A DNA stretch of 64,000 bases from a virus (taxonomy: Duplodnaviria; Caudoviricetes). Where the stretch lies: positions 1 through 64,000 of IMG/VR virus record IMGVR_UViG_3300032007_000023. One strand, given 5' to 3'. The translations under genes and the position numbers were made by a program. How positions within the stretch are numbered: position 1 is the stretch's first letter; the number at the start of each line of letters is the position of its first letter. Below are positions 19,413-29,748 of the stretch, one piece after another. Below the pieces are notes generated by a model. It made no database searches, was not told the origin of the DNA, and was given only the letters and a program-made list of their open reading frames with translations.

Positions 19413-20463
19413 AGAAATATTGATCAGTTATATCTCGTCTATATTTTTTCTTATGTATTCTATGTATTTTTGTAAGTGATATATTAGGAATTGTGTCTCT
19501 TAATTCATTATAAACAGCTATTTGTTTAAAATTATTATGTAACAAAGATCTACAAATAGTATGTATATCAGTTTCTGTTATTCTGTTACTAAAGAATCCT
19601 TTATTAAAATATTTATCAGAAATAAAACACCAGGCCTTTTTATTTCTTATACAGTAAACGATACTTTCACTGATTCTTTTATTTAATGATGAGATCACTT
19701 GCTTTACATTTCCATTATATTTTAATAATAAAGAACATATATCATGAACATCTTTTTCTGTGATTATTGCCCTTGAATTATTTTCACCTATATGTGATGG
19801 AAATAGCTTTGTATTTATCGAATGCAATACATTTTGCTTTTGTGAAACGATTTCCAAATTTTTCCAAGTATTTCTTATCTTTATACCGTTTATATGATTT
19901 ATTATTGCATATCTATTAAAAGAATCCCAATTTAGAAATTGATACGCTACAAGTCTGTGTAAAGAGAAACGATGTCTTTCATCATATGAACCAAGAGAAA
20001 CATTCAGATATCCTCCTGATTTTGGTTGTGGTTTGATAATATTCATATATTTTTTATTTCTTACTCTACCCCATGATGATACTTCATACATTCCCGGTTT
20101 AACACCGGGATATGTACAATCTCTCCATTCTTCAATATCTTCAATCCATTCTAAATTGGATAAATCAATATCACGTGTATCACCATTGATGTGTTTGATT
20201 GTGATTGGTTTATCCTTTAATTCTATTGGAATGGGAATAAATGTTATTCCCAATAATTCATCTATTGGGAATAACATAAACAATGAATTATTGATTCTAT
20301 ATTTTTCTTTCACAATTAACATTATGAAATCATATCCATTTGATGAATGATAATCTGGTATCAAATAATCTGATTCATCACAGTCTTTATTACGAATATA
20401 ACCTTTGTTTGATATTAAATAACCATCAACAATCATTGGATGTTTTAATGGTTTCCATATCAT
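19411..20463 (-). mobile_element. free-standing NUMOD4/HNH homing endonuclease
   Basis: EEWR..YEVSSWGRVR (NUMOD4), LHRLVA, INHINGIKIRNTWKNLE; degenerate first copy at the N-terminus; very AT-rich. Confidence 0.9.
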
Positions 20464-20465
20464 AT

Positions 20466-23003
20466 TTATTTCACCTTCTTATTTAATATTTCTTGTAAGT
20501 CAAGTTTATGAACAAATATAGAAGAATCCGCATCAACATGATGCGATATAAGAAACATCTGTTCTATTTTTAACGTTGAACATAATTCATATAACATTGC
20601 TAGATATAATGAACACATATCTATGTCTAATGCTGCATCGATCTCATCAACAAGACACACATTGTATTTTGTTAATGATGATGATAAAGCCATTTCTAAT
20701 GCTAATGATAATAATGTAGCTTCCGATTGAGAACCATAACGAATATCAGATGATGTATGCGAACCACATCTGAAAGGAAGTGTAAATGAAGTTTCATCAA
20801 TCGTTGGTTCTAACAATTCTATTTCACCATCATACATGATATCAAGCAATCTGTTTGTTAATGACAAAGCATCTTCAACAGTTTCACGTATTGCTATAAC
20901 AGGTTTACCCTTGGTGGATGATGTTGCTTCTGCTATTATCTTATATCTACCATTTAATGAATCATGTTTGTCAATTTCAGCAACGGTGCTTACATACTGA
21001 TTATATGCATCTGATATTGTTTTGAGTTCATTCGTTAATACATTAGCCTTATAGGTTAACTCATTATATGTTGATGATAATGATTCTAATTCTTGTTCTG
21101 ATTCAGATAATCTCTGTAACAATACACTGATCTTACCATGACGATTATTAAGCTCATCAATATTAAGATGTTTTACCTGGGATAATAACAAACGTTTTCT
21201 ATCATTTGTATCTAATAATGATGAACATGTATCTATATCAGTATTAAGAGTATTATCTTTAATTCTTAATGATTCAATCTCTTCGTTGATCTTATTGATA
21301 GCTTCATCCATGTTATCAGTAGGAAGTAATAATTTCTTCATATTCTCAATTGTTCTTTCTATATCAGATAATTGAGAAACAAACTGATTACGTTGTTCAC
21401 TCTTTGCAGCTTCTTCCATAAGATACTTGATATATGATACATCAATACCGACACGTTTCATTTGAACATTCATCATTATATTATTCAAATTGAATATGTC
21501 TTGTAATTCTAACGGTATATCCGTATTTAGTAACCGCTTGATAGTCAACACATTCTTGTGAGCATGTTCTATCTGTTCAAGATCGTATTGAGTGAATTGA
21601 GATGAAGTGGTTGATTGATAAGATTTGAAATATGTTTCCAACATCTTGTGTGTCTTAAGATATACACAATTCGAGAAAGCACATTCTTTATCAACCCAAT
21701 CACCTTGAACACCTTCAATCATTCTTTTAATTCTTGATACTGCAGACATCTCTTTTTCTGTGTCAAGAAGAACACTTCCCTCTTGCATGAGGAACGCAGC
21801 AACATCAACATCATTACATATCATATCAGTGAACATTTTCAAATGATGTTCATTGAGACATGATAATATCTCTGTACAGATATCATTGATTGCTTGTGCT
21901 GGTTGAATCATACTCCTATAATATGAAGATGAAGCTGTTGTTGTCATTTCAACATCAATAGCATCTATCTTAGAAACGAGATCATTCTTCATATTTATCA
22001 TATTATTATAATCATCAGCAGCACGTTTACTAGCCATCATTGTACTCTCGATATTATTTTTCTTTTCATAAAGAAGATCAATATCTTTTCTTAACATTAA
22101 TCTTTCATTCTTCAATGAAGATAATCGAGCATTAAGATCTATCTGTTCTTGGACAAGGGTGTCGTACATGTTTGGATCATATGAACCCATTTCATCAACG
22201 ACATTTTTGTATGCTACCAATTGATTATTGATTGTCATGAGTTCTTGTGATGGATTCTGATTACGTATGACCGTTATTTGACCTTGAAGAGTATCCATTC
22301 TTGATTTGGTTGTATTCATCATACGCTGTGTATTGTCGGATTCTTCTTGCTTTTGTTTCATCAAAACACATAAGGTTTCATATGAACCATATGTAGATAA
22401 GATGTATTCCTTCGTGTTGTTTAATGAGGTTATCAGTTTATTGGTATAACGATAATCATCCGTAGCCATCTTATGAATCTTATCGTATATATCAATACCC
22501 ATAGCTTTGTTTAATAATGTCTTTCTTTGTGTAGTAGACATATTTCCAAAAGATGTCAGCTGAGTTCCATTTATTATGAATTGGAACACATACTTATTGA
22601 TACCGAGGATTCGTTCAATAAGGGAATTGAATATTGTGACACCACCTGATGGATTTAATTCTTCACCATTATGAATTATTGATGATGATATAGTATGACC
22701 TGTTCTGGTTGGTGTATATGTGTGAGTGATATCATATACCTCACCATCTACTTCGTATACAATATTCTTTATTCCAACTTCTTTCGGTATTATTAAAGCT
22801 AAATCAGCTCGTTCATCACCATTCAGATTTATACTGCTGAATGGATGGAGTTGTTGAATAAGTACGGTTTTACCGCAACGGTTTTGTCCATATATCTGTA
22901 TGATTGGTTTGTCGATATTCTCAAACGAGAATTCTACTTCTTTCAAACCCATAGCAGCATGAACACCGATAAAGTTTGTAAGTTTGACATAGGTTATACG
23001 CAT
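20466..23003 (-). CDS. sbcC: SbcC/Rad50-like SMC ATPase
   Basis: GQNRCGKT Walker A, long coiled coil with central CxxxxC, GSQSE signature, CLVDEIDAALD Walker B/D-loop, LISH switch. Confidence 0.9.
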   Translation of the reverse strand: MRITYVKLTNFIGVHAAMGLKEVEFSFENIDKPIIQIYGQNRCGKTVLIQQLHPFSSINLNGDERADLALIIPKEVGIKNIVYEVDGEVYDITHTYTPTRTGHTISSSIIHNGEELNPSGGVTIFNSLIERILGINKYVFQFIINGTQLTSFGNMSTTQRKTLLNKAMGIDIYDKIHKMATDDYRYTNKLITSLNNTKEYILSTYGSYETLCVLMKQKQEESDNTQRMMNTTKSRMDTLQGQITVIRNQNPSQELMTINNQLVAYKNVVDEMGSYDPNMYDTLVQEQIDLNARLSSLKNERLMLRKDIDLLYEKKNNIESTMMASKRAADDYNNMINMKNDLVSKIDAIDVEMTTTASSSYYRSMIQPAQAINDICTEILSCLNEHHLKMFTDMICNDVDVAAFLMQEGSVLLDTEKEMSAVSRIKRMIEGVQGDWVDKECAFSNCVYLKTHKMLETYFKSYQSTTSSQFTQYDLEQIEHAHKNVLTIKRLLNTDIPLELQDIFNLNNIMMNVQMKRVGIDVSYIKYLMEEAAKSEQRNQFVSQLSDIERTIENMKKLLLPTDNMDEAINKINEEIESLRIKDNTLNTDIDTCSSLLDTNDRKRLLLSQVKHLNIDELNNRHGKISVLLQRLSESEQELESLSSTYNELTYKANVLTNELKTISDAYNQYVSTVAEIDKHDSLNGRYKIIAEATSSTKGKPVIAIRETVEDALSLTNRLLDIMYDGEIELLEPTIDETSFTLPFRCGSHTSSDIRYGSQSEATLLSLALEMALSSSLTKYNVCLVDEIDAALDIDMCSLYLAMLYELCSTLKIEQMFLISHHVDADSSIFVHKLDLQEILNKKVK

Positions 23004-23160
23004 TTCTATTTTTCTCCTTTTAAAGACTTATATCTTTATTGTGTATCATGGGAATAATGTGTGTTTAAAATTTTATATTTTAAAGACATATATAATTCAG
23101 ATGGTACTATATCACGATGTGGTATCCAAAATCACAAATTAAGAAAGGAATGATTTCACA

Positions 23161-23838
23161 ATGGAAAACAATGCACAGATGTGGAAGGAAAGACGAGAGA
23201 ATTTTATGGAGACATATAAGAATGATCCCATACTTTCTAAGAAACTTCCAGAGGTTGCAGCAGGACTCATGAAAGCAGAGTTCGGTGTTAACATCTTTGA
23301 TCATTCACACATTCCGATAGTATTTACAGTTGGATGGACTGAGATACTTAAGAAACTTGGTTCTGAGCAGGCAGAAGAGTGTAAGGTTGATGTATGTGGA
23401 GCACAGCTCGAATATATGACTGAAATCTCTGAATCTGATAAGAGCACGAACATCGTTCCCCAGATGTATCATGTAAAAGCTCCTCTGTTCCAGGCACGTG
23501 AACAGACACCTACAATTGGTGCATCATATACAGACAATCTCATGTCAATGTATAATGCATGGAGAAGTGTATATGCACTTGAGGCACTCACAGGAATAGA
23601 GAATAAAGTATTTGAAATTATTCTCAATGACTATGGTATCAATCTTATGGTACCGGCTGCAATCTATCCTATTATAGGTGCTACCTACGCTGCAGGTATT
23701 CAGATTGCTCGTGAATCAAAGCAAACAGTAAACATGTATAATATCTTTGAGATTGATGTTGTCGAAGGAGATAAGGTTATCCTCACTCCTCTTGCATTCA
23801 TTAAGCAGTGGCTCAAGGATGATTCCAAGAAACTTTAA
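23161..23838 (+). CDS. hypothetical protein, first gene of the tubulin operon
   Basis: GAAAGGA SD; class-1 promoter motif at 23085-23097. Confidence 0.8.
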   Translation: MENNAQMWKERRENFMETYKNDPILSKKLPEVAAGLMKAEFGVNIFDHSHIPIVFTVGWTEILKKLGSEQAEECKVDVCGAQLEYMTEISESDKSTNIVPQMYHVKAPLFQAREQTPTIGASYTDNLMSMYNAWRSVYALEALTGIENKVFEIILNDYGINLMVPAAIYPIIGATYAAGIQIARESKQTVNMYNIFEIDVVEGDKVILTPLAFIKQWLKDDSKKL

Positions 23839-23948
23839 TAATGTATGATGACCCGCTATTGCCAAGTAAAATAAAATAATAAAATGAAGAAATTCAGAAA
23901 TCTGTCTTGGTGTTAGCGGGTTTATTCATAACTAAAGGAGGTAATCCA

Positions 23949-25061
23949 ATGAACAATCTCATTATAGGACTCGGTAATACTGGAACGAATATCGTTAAAG
24001 CAGCAGCCGGTTCTGCACTTCTTGATCAGGTAACAATGTATTCTATTGATAGTGTTACATCATCTATTGATCTTTCAACTATTGACAAGATTAAGGTGAT
24101 ACCTATTATCTCTGATGAGAAGAGTGGTTCTGGACGTAACAGAGAACGTGGTAAAGCAATGTATGAATTCCATGAGTCTCAGGGCGCTTTCGAAGAGATG
24201 TATAAGACTGCAAAGAATTCAAAATCGCCTGTATTGGTAATAACATCGTCTGCAGGTGGTACTGGTTCTGGTGCAACTGTTCCGTTATGCAAGGCTCTTA
24301 TCGAAAAGGATATTCAGGTAATTCCGATTATCGTGTGTCCTAATAAGAAAGATCCGGCTGCATTCCATCTCAATACATCTGATTTGTTTATCGAACTCGG
24401 TGAACTTGGTGTTGAAACATATGCTGTATTTGAAAATAGACGTGGTGATGCAGACTATACACCTGTCAATCAGGAAATCGTAAATCTCATCGAAGTAATC
24501 TTTGGTAAGAAATACGATAGCACAGATCTCGATTCAATCGATGATTCTGACCTTGATGTTATTCTTAACACTCCTGGTAGACTTATCGTTGTTCAGGCAG
24601 AAGCAGGTTCTATTCCAGCACTTCAGAAAGAAATTACAAGAAAGGTGTTCTCTGGATTTCAGCCTGTATGGAAACCTGAAGATGTAGGAGCAAATACTCT
24701 CATGACTGCATTTGCATTGAAGTCAATGTTTGCTGATGAAGATTTCAGAACTGTGTTTGATGGTATTCGTGAAAGAATAGATCCTTCATCTTCTGAAGAC
24801 AGTACTGTATATGATGAGTATCGTAACATCGTTAAAGATGATAACAACGGTATGGCTACAGCATCTCTTATTATCGCAGGACTTCCTCGTTCTGAAATAA
24901 AAGAGATAGAAAGCAACTACAAAGAAGCAAGTGGTCTTGGAGAAGGTATTAAGAGATCTACAAGACCTTCATTCATGAACAGAAAGAAAGCCTCTGTAAT
25001 TACTGATACTACGGTATCTGGTGATAAGAGTGAGGTACTCAACAAATTCAAATGGCACTAA
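23949..25061 (+). CDS. phuZ: tubulin/FtsZ-family GTPase (PhuZ/TubZ-like)
   Basis: IIGLGNTGTNI, GSGRNRERG, SAGGTGSG signature; ATG 23949 after AAAGGAGGT. Confidence 0.9.
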   Translation: MNNLIIGLGNTGTNIVKAAAGSALLDQVTMYSIDSVTSSIDLSTIDKIKVIPIISDEKSGSGRNRERGKAMYEFHESQGAFEEMYKTAKNSKSPVLVITSSAGGTGSGATVPLCKALIEKDIQVIPIIVCPNKKDPAAFHLNTSDLFIELGELGVETYAVFENRRGDADYTPVNQEIVNLIEVIFGKKYDSTDLDSIDDSDLDVILNTPGRLIVVQAEAGSIPALQKEITRKVFSGFQPVWKPEDVGANTLMTAFALKSMFADEDFRTVFDGIRERIDPSSSEDSTVYDEYRNIVKDDNNGMATASLIIAGLPRSEIKEIESNYKEASGLGEGIKRSTRPSFMNRKKASVITDTTVSGDKSEVLNKFKWH

Positions 25062-25153
25062 CGTGATAAAATTTCTTGGTAAAGTATATACATAATTTTG
25101 TAGATACGACCAACCAAGGAGTATCAAAATAAATTTAAGGAGGAACATTCATT

Positions 25154-26059
25154 ATGATTCCAAACAGAATCACAGATTCAGACATGATCATACTTCAGAG
25201 TGTAGAATCATATCTGAAAGGCTTAGGTACACCGCTCAACAAATCTCCTCAGGAAACAATTATCCTTACTCAGCAGGCTAGGGATTATTTGTATTCTGAT
25301 ATTGTTCAGCGTGTACCGAGAGTAGCAGCATATCTTCTTCAGGCTGATATGGAGACTGATACTGTTGCACAGGGTCTCAACATCTCACTTTCAAAGCATG
25401 TAATGGATCCTATATTCGTAAACCTTCTCATGCAGTATCTTGCTAAGCATAATAATGCTGAAGAGAATTGCATCACTGGTGCATATCTTGCAAAGATCTT
25501 GAATAAGTGGATGGAGCAGAATGTTAAGAATGACAAGACTGCTAAGAAGGGTGAGAAAGAAGCTGCATCAACAGGAGATCCTCTCGAGCCCGTATCACAT
25601 ATTTCATGGGCTGTAAATCAGCTTCTCGGAAACATTGCTGGTCTTGTATCAACAAAGTGTGCTAACATCGATGAGTATCAGGCACTTGCTATTGCAGCTT
25701 GCCTTGCAATGAATAACAATGAAACTATCATGGAAATCATCAAATCAGATCTTCCGATCACTGCTGATGTTCTTGATATCATTGCTGATCCTAGCAATCT
25801 CATCAAGTCAGCTCTCCTTCTTGAGAAGGCAGATGTTCCTGCAAAGCTTTCTGCAAACCAGACTGCTTTCATGGATTCTCTTGTAAGATGGGTATATAAG
25901 AAGCTCAATATGATTCCTACCCAGTCATCATATCAGTTCATGGTTGCTGCATACGGCACAATCACAGTAGATGTGTCTACAAAGTATATCAATCCTAAGG
26001 ATTGTGGTACACAGTATTCAAATCTCTTAACTGTTGCTAAGCAGTTGATCAATAAGTAA
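25154..26059 (+). CDS. hypothetical protein
   Basis: AAGGAGG SD; 301 aa. Confidence 0.8.
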   Translation: MIPNRITDSDMIILQSVESYLKGLGTPLNKSPQETIILTQQARDYLYSDIVQRVPRVAAYLLQADMETDTVAQGLNISLSKHVMDPIFVNLLMQYLAKHNNAEENCITGAYLAKILNKWMEQNVKNDKTAKKGEKEAASTGDPLEPVSHISWAVNQLLGNIAGLVSTKCANIDEYQALAIAACLAMNNNETIMEIIKSDLPITADVLDIIADPSNLIKSALLLEKADVPAKLSANQTAFMDSLVRWVYKKLNMIPTQSSYQFMVAAYGTITVDVSTKYINPKDCGTQYSNLLTVAKQLINK

Positions 26060-26074
26060 TAGGAGGAAATAAAA

Positions 26075-26596
26075 ATGGCAACATCAAACCTTAAAATTCA
26101 TCCCAGTGTTGATGCGATCATTAAGCCTATCGTGTATGAAATGACACGCATCGACATCGCACAGAAGACTAATCCGATAATCGGTTCTCAGAATGAGCCT
26201 GATTATATCAAGGAGACAAAGAAGAAGTGCGTTCACATTATCTTCGAGAATGGTGAGTTCCGTCTTGCTACTCAGAAGAATGCAGAGGGTAAGCTCGTAT
26301 GCCGTGCTTGCGGAAGAGTTATCGGTACTAAGTTTGATCAGTCTTCTGTTGATACTATCAGCAGTGCTATCGAGGTTGTAAACCAGGTACTTCTCTTCGG
26401 TCTTCTCAACGGTCTCCGTGCAGAGGTTATCCAGACCCTCATTTCTATCAAGGCTGTTCTTCCTTCAGTAAATCAGCTTCTCAGCGAACTCAATGATTAT
26501 GTCAAGAGAGACAACGCTGCAGCTAATGATGCTTCTAACATTGGTACAGAATATGCTATTCCTAACCAGTATAGAAACATCACAACTCTTGGCTGA
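26075..26596 (+). CDS. hypothetical protein, possible Zn site
   Basis: CVH...CRAC; AGGAGG SD. Confidence 0.75.
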   Translation: MATSNLKIHPSVDAIIKPIVYEMTRIDIAQKTNPIIGSQNEPDYIKETKKKCVHIIFENGEFRLATQKNAEGKLVCRACGRVIGTKFDQSSVDTISSAIEVVNQVLLFGLLNGLRAEVIQTLISIKAVLPSVNQLLSELNDYVKRDNAAANDASNIGTEYAIPNQYRNITTLG

Positions 26597-26636
26597 TAAT
26601 ATGTGTTTGTGCACAAACACATGTATATGAAATATT

Positions 26637-26665
26637 ATGGCGGGGAATACCCCGCCATTTATTTT
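26637..26665 (+). terminator. intrinsic terminator
   Basis: ATGGCGGGG-AATA-CCCCGCCAT plus T-tract. Confidence 0.75.
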
Positions 26666-26695
26666 ATATTATTTTTATTTTAAGGAGGATTAAAC

Positions 26696-27397
26696 ATGTT
26701 CATTATAATCCAAAGACAGATACATGTCAATACTGATATTGATTTAAAAGTTAAAGAGTATGAGGATACACCCGACGATGATGCAGAGTACTTTAATACG
26801 TTCATTATAGAACACGAGGCTAACAGTAATGGTACATTCACTGTCTCCGTATCACCATATTCAACAGAACAGGAATCTATAATGTGTGAAGTTCCTTCTA
26901 AGTTCACAGTTGACTATGAAGGTCTTAAGGAAATCTATAAGGATCCTGCTAAATTCATACTCGACTACGTTGTCAAGTATGATGAAAGATATGAGGTATC
27001 TGATGACTGTGAGGAAGTTGTTGACGGAGACTTTGTGGAATTTGACCATGTGGATCTATCCAGAAACTCTACTCTCTATAAACTCCCACCAGGATTTACA
27101 GTTACACAGTTTACAAATAAAGACGGGAAAACAGAAGATATCATCGTATATAGTAATGATTGTAAAACCGCTACTAATGAAGATATAAAGTTACTTGATC
27201 TTGCTCTTGGTGAAGGTAATTATAGATTACTTCCAACAAAGCTTGCTAAAGCATATATCAAGAAAAAGGAGAGAGCTTTGGAAAAGGAAGAATTAGAAAA
27301 ACCTTCTCCTGATAAAAATGATAGGATGATCAGATCTATCAAGGATTTCTTAAACGAACTCAAAAAGAATCCAGATATAGAAGTTACAGAATTTTGA
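26696..27397 (+). CDS. acidic hypothetical protein
   Basis: AAGGAGG SD; 233 aa. Confidence 0.8.
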   Translation: MFIIIQRQIHVNTDIDLKVKEYEDTPDDDAEYFNTFIIEHEANSNGTFTVSVSPYSTEQESIMCEVPSKFTVDYEGLKEIYKDPAKFILDYVVKYDERYEVSDDCEEVVDGDFVEFDHVDLSRNSTLYKLPPGFTVTQFTNKDGKTEDIIVYSNDCKTATNEDIKLLDLALGEGNYRLLPTKLAKAYIKKKERALEKEELEKPSPDKNDRMIRSIKDFLNELKKNPDIEVTEF

Positions 27398-27400
27398 TAT

Positions 27401-27433
27401 ATGGGGGACTATGTCCCCCATTATCTTTTTTTT
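27401..27433. terminator. terminator between convergent genes
   Basis: ATGGGGGAC-TAT-GTCCCCCAT plus poly-T. Confidence 0.75.
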
Positions 27434-28696
27434 TTAATTTGAACACAATGTCATTGTTGTTTGAGCAATGAATAAGCCAGAGTCAAGGTTTGATATGACG
27501 TGATTAATAACACTCGTTCTGTATAGTTGATTCATACTCATTCCTCGTATAGGAGAATCAAATATAAGATTATATCGTGTCATTATATTCATCTTACCAA
27601 TATCAAATCCAACACCCGATAGATCAACTCTTGTTATACGTTCTGATATTCTGGCAACGTATGTTTTTGATGTATATTTAGAACGGGTCTTATGTAACAA
27701 ATCAGGAGTACTGATTCTTTCATATGCTTTTTTACCTGTTTCAAGTTCAGGGAACAGTTTAACCATTTCGGTTTTATCGACCGACATATCTTTTACATTT
27801 ATAGAAGTTACTTCTTCAGAGTTAAGAACTCTTTCGATATCTGTTTCAGATACAACAGAGACATTTTCAGCCTTTGTGTTCATATGATAATCTATGCCAC
27901 CGACTCTTCTCATACCACCCATATCAGATGAGTTCTTATAACTCTCTATATGAATTGGTAAAGGCTTCTCACCATTATTGACATCGGAATCACAGATATA
28001 CAGTTTATCCATATCACCATAAACTTGTGCACCTTTTTCATATAAACCATATTTATTATCAAAGAATGACAAAGTTTCATTAATACTTAAATTGGGTATT
28101 AATACTTGATCATATTTTTCTTGGTTCTTTGTAGGCTGTATACTGTATTTGACAATACCTTGTTTTCTAAACAATGTTTCGATTACTGTTGTAATTGACA
28201 TGTCTTTGAAAATAGATGAAGCTTTTCTTCTCATATAATGAATGAGTTCATTGTCATAACAGTATATTTCTATTGGAACCTTTCTGTCTATATTAAGATC
28301 TGATTTCTTTTTTATACCGTGATCATATTGATCCATTATAGATGTGGGAATATTCTTATTTTCAATATATCCCTTTAATGAAAAACTTAAACTCTTAGCA
28401 CCAGTAACAGGTGTAGGAGATTTATTGTCTTGATCAGCCATTCTATAAACCATACCGGTCATATATAGTCTAACAAATATTTGATCTGGATATTGGGTTA
28501 ACTTTTCCATTATACTTAAATCAGAATATAATCTGATTCGTATAATAGGAAATATGGCATTATCAAAATCATGTATTATTGTCATTGATACTATATCAGA
28601 TGGAGATATGTTTATTGTAGCACCATCAGTACCTTTTGTCTGTAATACCAGACTTGGTCTATATAGTACGGAGAACTTATCCGTTGATCCAGCCAT
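27434..28696 (-). CDS. probable virion structural protein (baseplate-hub-like)
   Basis: 420 aa, GGAGGTG SD; next to structural genes; function tentative. Confidence 0.45.
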   Translation of the reverse strand: MAGSTDKFSVLYRPSLVLQTKGTDGATINISPSDIVSMTIIHDFDNAIFPIIRIRLYSDLSIMEKLTQYPDQIFVRLYMTGMVYRMADQDNKSPTPVTGAKSLSFSLKGYIENKNIPTSIMDQYDHGIKKKSDLNIDRKVPIEIYCYDNELIHYMRRKASSIFKDMSITTVIETLFRKQGIVKYSIQPTKNQEKYDQVLIPNLSINETLSFFDNKYGLYEKGAQVYGDMDKLYICDSDVNNGEKPLPIHIESYKNSSDMGGMRRVGGIDYHMNTKAENVSVVSETDIERVLNSEEVTSINVKDMSVDKTEMVKLFPELETGKKAYERISTPDLLHKTRSKYTSKTYVARISERITRVDLSGVGFDIGKMNIMTRYNLIFDSPIRGMSMNQLYRTSVINHVISNLDSGLFIAQTTMTLCSN

Positions 28697-28777
28697 TCTA
28701 TTTCACCTCCTGAAGGACAGCTTAATAATCGTCAACAATAATATGTTGATTTATTTATTTATACTTTAGAAAGGCAA

Positions 28778-29728
28778 GTGATTTACATGTTAGAACTTTT
28801 TCAGGAAGCATCTATTCCAAAGCTTTCAGAGACGGCTTTGTATATGAAGTTTAATGAAACATCAGATATCACAAATTGTATCAAATCAGAAATAACTCAG
28901 TCTAAAGAGACTATCGTTGCTCCAGAAACAATCAAGGAGATTCTGTCTTTGATCAGACTTAATGGTGATGCTATCGCCAAGAAATCCGTTGATGCATATC
29001 TCAATGGTGAAATTGTGATAATATTCAACAAAGCTACGTCAAAAATACCAGCAAGTTTACCTTTTATCGTTATGGGTTACAAAGGAACCCCTACTGCTTT
29101 TGTATTTGCTGATAAGGTCGTTAATAACATTACATCCGCTTCAGAATACACAAGCCTTATGGCAGTTATGGAAGCGGCATATCTCGCCCTTAAGTTAAAC
29201 ACCAACATGGATTCGTTCTTAATGAACGCACAGTTGATGTTAACTTTGTGTAACATCTATACTTTAATGGTAGTAGCTCCATTAGAGCAACGTTTGTACA
29301 TGAAAGGTGATAATCTCAACAAGGCAATGATGTATGTTATCGTATATTTCTACAACATGTTCCGTGGTGATAACATGACTGTTGAAAATATACCATTTAA
29401 GAGACTCTTGAATGATAGAGTTGATCCTGGCATAGCAAACCAAATCATCGATGATGTTGTTTCTAATCCCGATAAATCATTTATGGGATTACTTAAACTC
29501 ATATCAAAAATAAATCCTATCAGATACAAAGATCTTGATGCAATGTATCTGTCATACTTTACATCGACATGTGGTGTTTCTCTTATATTTGCACTTGAGA
29601 ACATAGCATACTTATTCCTGCTTATTTCTTCAGCTTCATATAAGACCCAGATAACATCATATAGTCTCAATAAGACCGTAGCAATGCCATGTAAGAAAGC
29701 TGTGATGCTTCTTACAAGCGTGGGTTAA
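28778..29728 (+). CDS. hypothetical protein, probably late/structural operon
   Basis: 316 aa upstream of the portal gene. Confidence 0.7.
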   Translation: MIYMLELFQEASIPKLSETALYMKFNETSDITNCIKSEITQSKETIVAPETIKEILSLIRLNGDAIAKKSVDAYLNGEIVIIFNKATSKIPASLPFIVMGYKGTPTAFVFADKVVNNITSASEYTSLMAVMEAAYLALKLNTNMDSFLMNAQLMLTLCNIYTLMVVAPLEQRLYMKGDNLNKAMMYVIVYFYNMFRGDNMTVENIPFKRLLNDRVDPGIANQIIDDVVSNPDKSFMGLLKLISKINPIRYKDLDAMYLSYFTSTCGVSLIFALENIAYLFLLISSASYKTQITSYSLNKTVAMPCKKAVMLLTSVG

Positions 29729-29748
29729 TGAAGGGAGGCGTCTAAGAG

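Noticed and set aside
19411-20627. Group I intron in sbcC
   Set aside because: No non-coding space for a ribozyme core; the insert is fully coding and SbcC is complete without splicing
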